This document shows, in pieces, positions 49,600-61,030 of a DNA stretch of 64,000 bases. Source of the DNA: Squalus acanthias (Eukaryota); the NCBI GenBank assembly GCA_030390025.1, contig CM059432.1:50904001-50968000 (forward strand), read 5' to 3'. The position numbers and the translations under genes are program-made. Positions within the stretch are counted from its first letter, which is position 1, and each line of letters starts with the position of its first letter. The notes beneath the pieces were generated by a model that was not told the DNA's origin, made no database searches, and worked only from the letters and a program-made list of their open reading frames with translations.

Positions 49600-50440
49600 T
49601 CTTTTATGTTCATCTCCCCTCCCCCCACACAGGCACTGGAAAGGCAGAGCACACTGAAAGATGACTCTGCTGTTTTTCAGGGAAATGCTGCCAATCAAAT
49701 GCATGTGCCAGAAAGCTGCCGGAGCCTGGCAGCCACCACAGGGCCAGATATGGCAGAAGCAGCTGTCGGACCATCTAACGCCTTTGTACAAGGACACAGA
49801 GAACCACCTTGAACCCAAGAGGCTATCATCGACATCCAACAGTCAGCCATCTGCCTTACTCCTTCCACCTAAAAGGAGCACAAGTTTAGGTACGACAGTA
49901 CAGAAAATGTACACTCTCACCAAGGGAAAGTACTGGAACAAAAACAATAGGCCCTTAATCTAAACACTTTTAGGGACTTAAATTTGGCTGCACTTTATTT
50001 CAATGGTGTTCTTCTGATGGTGCAGAATAAGGTATTAGCAAATCAAAGACTTGGCATCCACGATAGTTGATTTAACACAGAGTAAAATGCATTTAACCAC
50101 TTCATTATGTACATGGGGACTGTTAATACATTGGTCGATGTGGCCCATCACCAGGAGGTCTCCTTTAAGTGTGCTTGGGGTATGACTGTTGCTGCTTGCA
50201 ATGGTGTTTCAGCAGCAATATTTTTTGCCTTATTTTCAGTGTTTTGGCCTTTGGTGGGCTTCATCCCTCCACCCCCCCCACCCCCCCCACCACCCCCCCC
50301 CCCCCCCCCCCACCCCACCCTGGTGAAACGGAGCCTGCAAAGGAAGTTTTCTTCGGACATTCCCAGGAAACTGTCCCTGGGTTTGTAAACACACCTATGT
50401 ATGTAAGGGCATGCACATTAACCTGTCCTGCATCCCTCCA
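49600..50440. pseudogene. Ancient Harbinger remnant (Myb C-terminus on +, transposase N-terminus on -)
   Basis: MSEENFLCRLRFTR resembles MSEELCLRRLRFSK; AEAAVGPS and PKRSTS resemble QSAAGPS and PLRRSS. Confidence 0.5.
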
Positions 50441-51446
50441 TACATCCTCCAGCAAATTACACAAAAAGTGAGTAATTATCATATTCCAAATGTTAATTGG
50501 AATGATCAAAAATGTTACTATCAAAAATATAATGCAAGAAACACTGTTTATGTTGCTTCTCCGGGGTTTCCATGGATCTTCTACCTAAGTTGCAATGGAT
50601 GATTGGGAGAACCCCCATGGAAATTCTCCACCAAACCATTTAACAAAAAAACCTTAAAAATTCAGCTTTCAAAAATCTATATTTAAAGTCTTTTTTTGTA
50701 ATGATCACATGAAAAATTCAGTTGATTCCCCTTTAAGTGGTCATTTATATCTTCCCCGAACCAGCCTGATCCTTAGCGCCTTTTTAATATGAATGAACAG
50801 AGCACACAACTCTCGGAATTGTCATGCATTGTACCATGAATTTTAATATTTAATTACATGGAACAAAAATATACCCTGTTATTTCCTTTAAAGGACAGGA
50901 CAGGACACACTAAAATTAATGTCCAAATTATCAAACTCCAAGCATTTGCTTAGAAACCAGAAATGGCAGAAACTCAAGACACTTTCTTCAGTTCAGGTCA
51001 TGTTCCTATCAGGGTTATTTGCATAACTGAGGTTTTCACATGAATTAAGGTCACACTGTCGTCTTTGGTCCCAAAATCCTGCGGATGTCATTATTATCTT
51101 AGATGGCAATGATGTGATTAAAGAAAGAAAGAAAACAGGATGAAGCGATCAAAGTGTAATTAAAGTAATGACACCATCGTGCTCTGTAAGAAATCTGACA
51201 TAATCCGCCCAATACTTCAACAAATTAAAGCATCTGGAAATAACTCAGTGCTCTGAATGAAAATAGAGCATCTAGAAAATGAATCATCTAAAGTACTGTG
51301 CGGATGAGAAACAATAACATGTCCTCCTCATCTCCAACTTAGAATGAGCTGAGATTGTTTCAACTGTAAATCTAAAATGACCTCTTGACAACTCATCACT
51401 GCAGGCAAGTGTGTGAAGAACCAGAAATGCAACTAAACTGACTAAT

Positions 51447-52460
51447 GTGACTAATGCTTCCAATTTCCACCCTTCCCTCACCTTCACATGGTCCATCTCC
51501 GACTCTTCCCTTCCCTTCCTCGACTTCTCCATCTCCATCTCTGGGGATAGGTTATTGACTAACATTCACTACAAGCCCACTGACTCCCACAGCTACCTGG
51601 ACTACACTTCCTCCCACCCCGCCTCCTGTAAGGACTCTATTCCATTCTCCCAGTTTCTCCGTCTCCGCCGCATCTGCTCTGATGATGCCACCTTCCATAC
51701 CAGTGCTTCCGACATGTCTTCCTTTTTCCTCAACCGAGGATTCCCCTCTACTGTGGTCGACACGGCCCTCGACCGTGTCCGTTCTATCTCCCGCACTTTT
51801 GCCCTCACCCCTGCCCCTCCCTCCCGGAACCACGATAGAGTTCCCCTTGTCCTCACCTTTCACCCCACCAGCCTCCACATTCAACGGATCATCCTCCGCC
51901 ATTTCCGCCACCTCCAGCGTGATCCCACCACCAAACACATCTTCCCCTCACCTCCCCTTTCAGCATTCCGCAGGGACCGCTCCCTCCGCGACACCCTAGT
52001 CCACTCCTCTACCACCCCCTGCACCCCTTCCCCTTCGCCCGGCACCTTCCCGTGCACGCGCAGGAGATGCTACACATGCCCTTACACCTCCCCTCTTCCC
52101 ACTGTCCAGGGCCCCAAACACCCCTTCCAGGTGAAACAGCGATTTACTTGTACTTCCTGCAATTTAGTATACTGTATTCGCTGCTCACGATGTGGTCTCC
52201 TCTACATTGGGGAGACCAAACGCAGATTGGGTGACCGCTTTGCGGAACACCTCCGTTCAGTCCGTAATGGGGACCCCGAGCTCCCGGTGGCCTGTCACTT
52301 TAATTCACCGCTTCACTCCCACTCTGACCTCACCGTCCTCGGCCTATTACACTGTTCCACGGAGGCGCAGCGTAAGCTCGAGGAACAGCACCTCATCTTT
52401 CGTTTAGGCACGCTACAGCCCTCTGGACTCAATATCGAGTTCAACAATTTTAGATCATAA
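51447..52460 (+). CDS. Penelope-like RT C-terminus/thumb plus GIY-YIG endonuclease (5'-truncated)
   Basis: FHPSLTFT...LPFLD...YKPTDSHSYL...SQFLRLRRICS...LVYCIRC..CGLLYIGET...RFAEH...GLN. Confidence 0.92.
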   Translation: MTNASNFHPSLTFTWSISDSSLPFLDFSISISGDRLLTNIHYKPTDSHSYLDYTSSHPASCKDSIPFSQFLRLRRICSDDATFHTSASDMSSFFLNRGFPSTVVDTALDRVRSISRTFALTPAPPSRNHDRVPLVLTFHPTSLHIQRIILRHFRHLQRDPTTKHIFPSPPLSAFRRDRSLRDTLVHSSTTPCTPSPSPGTFPCTRRRCYTCPYTSPLPTVQGPKHPFQVKQRFTCTSCNLVYCIRCSRCGLLYIGETKRRLGDRFAEHLRSVRNGDPELPVACHFNSPLHSHSDLTVLGLLHCSTEAQRKLEEQHLIFRLGTLQPSGLNIEFNNFRS

Positions 52461-52870
52461 CCTCAGCTCCAATCACATTTATATTTTATTTTTTCCACCC
52501 TTTTATTTCCCCCCCCCCCCACCTTTTTTTTCCTCCTAGAAGCTGGCAGCTGTCCTTCATTCTGCCAGTGGATTTCACACTTCTTTCAGCCTTAATCTGT
52601 CACATTAACACCACCTCTAGCCTTGCATATCTCTTAATGTCTCTTAATGTCTCTTCATCTCCCCCTTTGTTCTTTTATCCCCTCCCCCTTTTCCCAGCTT
52701 TACTCTGGCCTTAAATCTATTTGATTTCCGGCTCTTCACAGTTCTGATGAAAGGTCATCGACCTGAAACGTTAACTCTCTTTCTCTCTCCACGGATGCTG
52801 CCTGGCCTGCTGAGTTTTTCCAGCGCTTTCTGTTGTTATTTCAGATTTCCAGCATCCGCAGTATTTTGCT
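51450..52870 (+). mobile_element. Penelope-like element, 5'-truncated
   Basis: The ORF above, followed by a pyrimidine-rich 3' region with a hammerhead motif. Confidence 0.9.
52735..52780 (+). ncRNA. Minimal type I hammerhead ribozyme
   Basis: AGTT, CTGATGA (52744-52750), A, stem AGGTC-ATC-GACCT, GAAAC, GTTA, ACT. Perfect 5-bp stem II and palindromic AACGTT in place of stem III. Confidence 0.8.
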
Positions 52871-53695
52871 ATCGTAAACATTTTGATTGACAGATTTATA
52901 TTATTCAGATTAGACCCCAGATAACTGTAAACTTTATCCCAAAATGTACTCACATACCATTGGTTTCAGAGAAGAGAAAGAGGATAATTTTGCTTAAAAT
53001 CACAGGAAATAGAATAAGGATTGATTTTAAAGTTAGGTTTACTTGGAATAGAATACAAGTGAATATGAGGAGAATGTTAATGAAAACTTACGAGGGGAAG
53101 ATTACAGCTGTCACTATGGGGCAGAATTTCCTCTTATCGCACTTGGATGTAAAGAATCACCTGGGTACAGTGCACAAAAAAATGGGGTGGTGAGTATCAC
53201 ATGCCAGTAATGTAGCTCATCCAGATTTCCATCGATTAATTTAGCTAATTAACTTCATACGGGGGGGCTGCTTTCACACTGTTACAAGTTTAGGGTCTTG
53301 CCTCAGATCCCTTCGCAGGTTCAATGGCGTCAATCATGGATGGATCCCATGCACAGGAAGTCATGAGATGGCAAGCACGTGCTTGAGACTTTGATAGAAG
53401 GAATGAGGAAATGGAAGGGGACCATCAGTGGGATGAAGAACCATGTTCAGTATTTTTGCTTGTTTATCCTGCTTGAATTTTGTGGGCCTAGCGGTTTGGA
53501 ACATAAGAACATAAGAAATAGGAGCAGGAGTAGGCCAATCAGCCCCTCGAGCCTGCTCCGCCATTCAATAAGATCATGGCTGATCTGATCCTAACCTCAA
53601 ATCTAAAGAACACAAGAAGTAGGAGCAGGACCCGGCCACTCAGCCCCTGGGCCCGCTCCGCCACCCACAGGGCCTTGACCGATCCGATCTCAGCC

Positions 53696-56590
53696 TCATG
53701 TCCAACTTCCTGCCCGCTCCCCGTAACAACTAATTCCCTTTACTTCTAGGAAACTGTCTATTTCTGTTTTAAATTTATTTAATGATGTAGCTTCCACAGC
53801 TTCCTGGGGCAGCAAATTCCACAGACCTACTACCCTCTGAGTGAAGAAGTTTCTCCTCATCTCAGTTTTGAAAGAGCAGCCCCTTATTCTAAGATTATGC
53901 CCCCAAGTTCTAGTTTCACCCATCCTTGGGAACATCCTTACCGCATCCACCCGATCAAGCCCCTTCACAATCTTATATGTTTCAATAAGATCGCCTCTCA
54001 TTCTTCTGAACTCCAATGAGTAGAGTCCCAATCTACTCAACCTCTCCTCATATGTCCACCCCCTCATCCCCGGGATTAACCGAGTGAACCTTCTTTGTAC
54101 TGCCTCGAGAGCAAGTATGTCTTTTCTTAAGTATGGACACCAAAACTGTATGCAGTATTCCAGGTGCGGTCTCACCAATACCTTATATAACTGCAGCAAT
54201 ACCTCCCTGTTTTTATAATCTATCCCCCTAGCAATAAAAGCCAACATTCCGTTGGCCTTCTTGATCACCTGCTGCACCTGCATACTAACTTTTTGATTTT
54301 CTTGCACTAGGACCCCCAGATCCCTTTGTACTGTAGTACTTTCCAGTTTCTCTCCATTAAGATAATAACTTGCTCTCTGATTTTTCCTGCCAAAGTGCAT
54401 AACCTCACATTTTCCAATATTGTATTGCATCTGCCAAATCTCCGCCCACTCACCCAGCCTGTCTATATCCCCTTGTAGGTTTTTTATGTCCTCCCCACTT
54501 TCTACTTTCCCTCCCATCTTTGTATCATCTGCAAACTTTGATATGTTACACTCGGTCCCCTTCTCCAAATCGTTAATATAGATTGTAAAGAGTTGGGGAC
54601 CCTGCACCGACCCCTGCGGAACACCACTGGCTACTGGTTGCCAGTCCGAGAATGAACCATTTATCCCAACTCTCTGCTTCCTGTTAGATAACCAATCCTC
54701 CACCCATGCCAGAATATTCCCCCCAATCCAGTGATTTTTTATCTTGAGCAATAATCTTTTATGTGGCACCTTATCGAATGCCTTCTGGAAGTCTAAATAC
54801 ACTATGTCCACTGGTTCCCCTTTATCCACCCTGTACGTTATGTCCTCAAAGAACTCAAGCAAATTTGTCAGACACGACTTCCCCTTCATAAAGCCATGCT
54901 GACTTTGTCCTATTAAATTATGTTTATCTAAATGTTCCGTTACTGTCTCCTTAATAATAGACTCCAAAATTTTACCCACCACAGATGTTAGGCTAACTGG
55001 TCTATAATTTCCAGCCTTCTGCCTACTACCCTTTTTAAATAAGTGTGTTACATTTGCAGTTTTCCAATCTGCCGGGACCTTTGCTGAGTCCAGGGAATTT
55101 TGGCAAATTATTACCAAAGCATCCACAATCCCTACTGCCACTTCCCTCAAGACCCTAGGATGTAAGCCATCAGGTCCAGGGGATTTATCCGCCTTGAGTC
55201 CCATTATTTTACTGAGTACCAATTCCTTAGTGATTTTAATCGTATTTAGCTCCTCCCCCCCTAGAGCCCCCTGTTTGTCCAGTGTTGGGATATTCTTAGT
55301 GTCCTCTACCGTAAAGACTGAAACAAAATATTTGTTCAGCATTTTTGCCATCTCCATGTTTCCCACCATTAATTTCCCGGTCTCATCCTCTAAGGGACCT
55401 ACGTTTGCCTTAGCCACCCTTTTTCTTTTTATATAACTATAGAAACTCTTGCTATCTGTTTTTATATTTTTTGCTAATTTATTTTCATAATCTATCTTCC
55501 CTTTCTTAATCAATCCTTTAGTTACTTTTTGCTGTCTTTTGAAGACTTCCCAATCTTCTATCCTCCCACTAAGTTTGGCTGCCTTATATGTCCTTGTTTT
55601 TAGTCGGATACTATCCTTAATTTCTTTACTTAGCCACGGATGGCTGTCATTTCTTTTACACCCTTTTTTCCTCAGTGGAATATATTTTTTTTGAAAGTTG
55701 TAAAATAACTCCTTTAATGAACACCACTGCTCATGTACCGTCTTACCCTTTAATCTATTTTCCCAGTCCACTTTTATCAATTCCGCTCTCATACCATCAT
55801 AGTCTCCTTTATTTAGGCTCAGTACGCTTGTTTGAGAACCAACCTTCTCACCCTCTAATTGGATATGGAATTCAACCATGTTATAGTCACTCATTCCAAG
55901 GGGATCCTTAACTAGGACATTATTAATTAATCCTGACTCATTACACAGGACCAGGTCCAAGGTTGCTTGCCCCCTTGTAGGATCAGTTACATACTGCTCA
56001 AGAAATCCATCCCTAATACACTCAATAAACTCTTCCTCAAGGTTGCCCTGCCCAATTTGATTTGTCCAGTTAATATGATAGTTAAAATCCCCCATAATTA
56101 TAGCTGTTCCCTTATTACATGCCCCAACTATTTCCTGATTAATACTTCTTCCAGCAGAGTTGCAACTATTAGGAGGCCTATATACTACTCCCACTCGTGT
56201 TTTTTTCCCCTTATTATTCCTTATCTCCACCCAAACTGTTTCATTATTCTGATCCTTTGACCCAATATCATTTCTCTGTATTACACTGATTCCTTCCTTT
56301 ATTAACATAGCCACCCCACCTCCCCTTCCTTCCTGCCTGTCCTTCCTGATTGTTAAATACCCTGGCATATTTAATTCCCAGTTGTTGTCACCCTGCAGCC
56401 ATGTTTCTGTAATGTCCACAAGATCATACCCATACGTAGTTATTTGTGCCGTTAACTCATCCATTTTGTTACGAATGCTACGTGCATTCAGATAAAGAAC
56501 TTTCAAATATGTTTTGTGACACTTAGTTCCTGCTTTTTCCTTTTTTAACACTTTACCTTTTACTCCATATCTTCTGTCCCTTCCTGACAC
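53696..56590 (-). CDS. CR1 ORF2: APE endonuclease plus reverse transcriptase, 964 aa
   Basis: YLNARS, ITETWL, VYRPP, GDFN, LDLV, SDY (usually SDH), DFQKAFD, PQGS, FADD. Confidence 0.93.
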   Translation of the reverse strand: MSGRDRRYGVKGKVLKKEKAGTKCHKTYLKVLYLNARSIRNKMDELTAQITTYGYDLVDITETWLQGDNNWELNMPGYLTIRKDRQEGRGGGVAMLIKEGISVIQRNDIGSKDQNNETVWVEIRNNKGKKTRVGVVYRPPNSCNSAGRSINQEIVGACNKGTAIIMGDFNYHINWTNQIGQGNLEEEFIECIRDGFLEQYVTDPTRGQATLDLVLCNESGLINNVLVKDPLGMSDYNMVEFHIQLEGEKVGSQTSVLSLNKGDYDGMRAELIKVDWENRLKGKTVHEQWCSLKELFYNFQKKYIPLRKKGCKRNDSHPWLSKEIKDSIRLKTRTYKAAKLSGRIEDWEVFKRQQKVTKGLIKKGKIDYENKLAKNIKTDSKSFYSYIKRKRVAKANVGPLEDETGKLMVGNMEMAKMLNKYFVSVFTVEDTKNIPTLDKQGALGGEELNTIKITKELVLSKIMGLKADKSPGPDGLHPRVLREVAVGIVDALVIICQNSLDSAKVPADWKTANVTHLFKKGSRQKAGNYRPVSLTSVVGKILESIIKETVTEHLDKHNLIGQSQHGFMKGKSCLTNLLEFFEDITYRVDKGEPVDIVYLDFQKAFDKVPHKRLLLKIKNHWIGGNILAWVEDWLSNRKQRVGINGSFSDWQPVASGVPQGSVQGPQLFTIYINDLEKGTECNISKFADDTKMGGKVESGEDIKNLQGDIDRLGEWAEIWQMQYNIGKCEVMHFGRKNQRASYYLNGEKLESTTVQRDLGVLVQENQKVSMQVQQVIKKANGMLAFIARGIDYKNREVLLQLYKVLVRPHLEYCIQFWCPYLRKDILALEAVQRRFTRLIPGMRGWTYEERLSRLGLYSLEFRRMRGDLIETYKIVKGLDRVDAVRMFPRMGETRTWGHNLRIRGCSFKTEMRRNFFTQRVVGLWNLLPQEAVEATSLNKFKTEIDSFLEVKGISCYGERAGSWT

Positions 56591-56634
56591 GCTTTCCTTT
56601 GTCTCCCTGCTCAGGTGCCCAACCCCCTGCCACT

Positions 56635-57250
56635 TTAGTTTAAACCCTTCCCAACAGCACTAGCAAACACTTCCCCTAGGACAGCGGTCCCGGCCCTGCC
56701 CAGGTGCAGACCGTCCGGTTTGTACTGGTCCCACCTCCCCCAGAACCGGTTCCAATGTCCCAGGAATTTGAATCCCTCCCCCTTGCACCATTCCTCTAGC
56801 CACGTATTCATTTGAAATATCCTCCTATTTCTACTCTGACTAGCACGTGGCACTGATAGCAATCCTGAGATTACTACCTTTGAGGTCCTATTTTTTAATT
56901 TACCTCCTAACTCCCTATATTCTGCTTTTAGGACCTCATTCCCTTTTTTACCTATACCGTTGGTGCCTATGTGCACCACGGCAGCTGGCTGTTCGCCCTC
57001 CCCCTCCAAAATGTTCTGTAGCCGCTCCGAGACGTCCTTGACCCTTGCACCAGGGAGGCAGCACATCATCCTGGAGTCTCGGTTGCGGCCGCAGAAACGC
57101 CTATCTATTCCCCTTACAATTGAGTCCCCTATCGCTATAGCTCTTCCACTCTTTTTCCTCCCAGCCTGTGCAGCAGAGCCACCCATGGTGCCAGGAAGTT
57201 GGCTGCTGCTGCCTTCCCCTGATAAGTCATCCCCCACAACAGTATCTAAA
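56635..57250 (-). CDS. CR1 ORF1 C-terminal SGNH/GDSL esterase domain (5'-truncated)
   Basis: IGDSIVRG, LPGA, HIGTN and DGLH blocks. Confidence 0.88.
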
Positions 57251-58004
57251 GAGCAGCTTCTAACGTTGCTGCCTCCCTGGAGGGTAGATCCTAAATAAAG
57301 CAGCAAGATCTGTTAGTTTCAACAAATCAAGATATATACAAATTAATGGGAGCACAGATTGAAACTCGCCCTGTGACTCCAAGGTACACATCCATGAAAA
57401 CGTAAGTTTGGACATCCCTGCAGTATGCTACAAAATCTGTGAACTGCCTGACATTGTCAACATTCTATGTACATTCAATATTTCAATACTTTTCTTCTGC
57501 TTGCACAACAAAATGCCCTTTGGCCAGTCACTGGGTTTGGCACATGTATCTGGCTTCCTGCTCTAAAAGATTGGACATCCCTACACTAAGTCAATAAAAA
57601 CCCGCTATCCTGGCAGAAGACAAATCCCTGACCCCTTCAATATATGCACCATCATGGATGAACAGTGGTCTGCATTGCAATTTTCCTAGGAGACTATGGC
57701 AACTCCAGTGGTATCTAAGTGGAGTCCTCATAGGCACAGTGGAAGTATTTCTCGTGAATACTCACACTGCTGCTATAGATACTTTGGGGGCCCAACATTT
57801 ACACTCGGTGCCAGCTGCTACCTGCTTGGAGAACAGATGCATGTAACTTTGATCCGGTGATTCTTAAATCACATAGATGCCCAAATTTCTGTTCTCAGAA
57901 AGATTAGTGGACGTATTGAGGGAGTGCCCAGCAGCAGGGGCAGGTATATAGTAGTTAGATGGCTGGTTCTTGTGACAATACCCTATGCGGACCATAAACT
58001 ATCT

Positions 58005-58189
58005 GGGCTGAAGTTGGTCTACACCAGCAGTGTGAAATGGGCTCACAGTGAATCAGCAACCCATTTTACACCGTGCCTGATCTTCTTTTCCAGAAGTCAA
58101 TGGAAAAAAGAAATCAGGTGTGATGTAAATGGGCTGCCGATTCGTTATGAGCCTGTTTCGCGCAGCTGGTGCAGTCCAATGTCATCGCC
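58005..58189. mobile_element. Degenerate fold-back MITE
   Basis: ~88-bp imperfect inverted arms around a central GAAGTCAA. Confidence 0.65.
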
Positions 58190-58414
58190 TCTGTGTGAAA
58201 GTGACAGTAGGTGGGCCAGAAAGCATGCAGGATCAGGCCATCTGAACAGAGTATGGCTGGCTCATATGCAAGGCCATCAGAGTTCCACATGGAGGACTTA
58301 TGTCTCTACAATCTTACCAGGTTGACAGGAAAACCCTGCAGTCAACCAGCAAAGGTACTTCTTCCAGTAGGGAATTACTGAAGAGAAGCAATAGACCATG
58401 GAACTAATAATAAC

Positions 58415-59832
58415 GAGGGGAATTTTAACATGGTTGAGCGCGTGGGTTTGGGTGCGGGGTTAAATTGGGGAAAATGACAGCACGTCGGGAAGCTGGATCC
58501 AACCCGCCGACTTCCGCATTTCACTTGAGCGCGTCAGGCTGCATGCGCGCAACCCTCTCTTGAGAGGCGGGTTGCAAATTAACTTATGTTAATCACTCAA
58601 TTGGAGCGATATTTAAACACACTTTTGAGTTTAACGTTGGGTCCATGGGATTCCCGGACTTCCTGAAACTCGCCAGTGAAAGTAAGGCAAGAACACAGCG
58701 GCAATTGAAGAGGGTCAATCAATTTCATGGAAACATGACACTGTTGTCCCTGTCCCCACCATCTGCTCTTGCTCACTTGTGACGTGTGAGTCACCGGGTG
58801 AAAACCTTACTATCTGTTTATGTGGTCCCACCAAGGTACATGTATCTGAGCTTGTGCATGGTATGCATGAGTCCTGTGATGGTGCACCCTCAGAAGGACT
58901 CAGCTCCTCTGAGGATCATCAGCGGCAACCTCCACTGACTTCTGCTGCACGTGTGAAGGCCCTGTTAGAGATAAAAGACATGATTTAGTCCTCGCAGGGA
59001 AAGAATATGTTTCAAGTTATCATTATGAAGATTATCATATTTCACTCGCTGTTGAAATCAAGTCAACATGACTGAGTGCCGGATGACATGTGGGCTGCTA
59101 ATATTTAATTGTGTCACCAGGTAGCTGGGAGCTCCCCGTTACGTGGATGAGGGTGAGTAGCAGTGGTGGATGGATAGGGATGTGAGGAAGTGCATAGACA
59201 GAGAGGGATGGATGCACCTGCAAGGTAAGTGGGTGTGTGGAATGATGTGATGGAGTAGGCTTGAGAAAGCAAAGTGAGAGGGTTGGGATGTTGCGCACAG
59301 CAAGATTTAGGTGAATATGCAACTGTACTTGCCTTTCCTGACCTGGTTAGGTCATTTAACCGCTTCTTGCACTGCATCCAGGTGCGTGGCACTCAGCTCC
59401 TGCTGCTCACTTCCTGAGCAACCTCTAAACACGCGTTCTTCATTTCTGCCTCAGGTTTTCTCTTCCCACTGCTGGGGAATAGTATCTCCCTCCGGCTCCT
59501 CACAGCCCCCAGCAACACATCAAGAGAGGCATCAGTGAACCAGGGCGCAGCCTTTGCCCATCTTGAATCCATTGTTGAAGATGCTCCTCTCTTCTTCTCA
59601 ACTTCAACTCCTCCAAATTTGGATTGGGCCTTTAAATACTGCAGTTGAGATTGCGTCATGCGGGTCCTCATCACGGCTGATACCGCGGATTGGACAGAAA
59701 CCCAGAAGTAAAATGTTAGTGAGGTGGCTGAGTTAAAAAGTCACTGACAGACATGCTGAACATACTTCTGGGTTTCCCACGCGATATCGGACACCCCGGC
59801 TCCCAGCGTGTCTCCCAGTTAATATCGGGGTC
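58415..59832 (-). mobile_element. Old Harbinger derivative with Myb/SANT pseudogene (~59572-59333)
   Basis: MDSRWAKAAPWFTDASLDVLLGAVRSRREILFP...EVSSRS*VPRTWMQCKKRLNDLTRSGK; element boundaries approximate. Confidence 0.75.
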
Positions 59833-59836
59833 AAAA

Positions 59837-60272
59837 TGTCAGCTGTGGCTCAGTGGTAGCACTCTCGCCTCTGTGTCAGAAGGTCATGGGTTCAAGTCCT
59901 ACTCCAGAGACTTGTAGAACATATTTTATGCTGACACTCACAGTGCAGTACTGAGGAAGTGCTGTCTCTCGGATAAGGCATTAAACTGAGGCATTGTTTG
60001 CCCTCTCATGTGGATGTAAAGAGATCCAATTGCACTATTTTTAAGAAGAGCAGGGGAGTTCTCCAGGTGTCCTGGCCAATATTTATCCCTCAACCAACAT
60101 CACTAAAACAGATTACCTGGTCTTTATCACGTTGCTGTTTGTGGGACCTTGCTGTGCACAAATTGGCTGCTGTGTTTCCTACATTACAACAGTGACTATA
60201 CTTCAAACTTAATTGGCTGTAAAGCACTTTGGGATGTCCTGAGGTCATGAAAGGATTTATATAAATGCAAGT
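59837..60272 (+). mobile_element. tRNA-derived Deu-domain SINE
   Basis: Homologous to the copies at 14408 and 32953. Confidence 0.8.
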
Positions 60273-60849
60273 TCATGCTGGTGTTGGTTAAGGTGTTCCA
60301 CACGCCTATGTATGAAAGACCTCGTCTCATGAAATAACATCAGCCAGAATATTTAAATACTGGTGCTCTGGGTGTGTCTCTTGTGATATGCTGATAGCAC
60401 CAGGGCCGCATTGTTGGATGTCAGCAGCTGTACTAAGGAGTCAGGGGTGTAAAGGGGAGTGGTGCCTGAATTAAAAGAAAAAATAAAGGTTGCCTCCTCC
60501 AGCACTTGTACCAAATGGGTCTTGTGCAGTTCGAGCACTGCTCAGGTGTACGATAGGGCAGGCAACCATGTGCCATTTAAATGAGATTTGGGGGCTCAGT
60601 GAATTTAACACACAACTTGTACACTGGCTCCCAGATCCTTTTACGATCATCACAGCAAAAGATGGGAATAGATGGTATTTGAGGAACAGTAGGAGCAGCA
60701 AAGTAGGAGAAGGTGGTATGAGGCAGGTTGCTTTGCACAAATTGATTAATGATTTATTTCATGGGACAGCTCTGGCACTTATTGGGAGGCATCTTGGATT
60801 TAAACTTGCTGAACGGGTTGTTCTGCAGCTACATTCTCATTCTTGCCTC

Positions 60850-61030
60850 AGCCTCCTGCTCTACCATGTATTTAGCATTCTGTTTTTCTTCTTCCAATGG
60901 TGAGACCTCTTTGCAAAACAAAGTGCTGAATGCAGCGGATGATCATTATTCTGGATACCTTCAAGGCTTTACAGCAAGGTACCCTGATCGGTATCAACGT
61001 CTGAAGCGCTGCTTCAAGATACCTTTGATA
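60850..61030 (-). pseudogene. Ancient Harbinger transposase C-terminal remnant
   Basis: Reverse strand reads TIKGILKQRFRR*YRSG, compared with TIGVLKQRFRCLDHSG in copies A and B. Confidence 0.6.

Larger units (their letters stand above)
53502..57250 (-). mobile_element. Long CR1 LINE (partial ORF1 plus complete ORF2)
   Basis: ORF1 C-terminal part, 964-aa ORF2, 3' UTR and (TTCTTATG)n tail. Confidence 0.97.
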
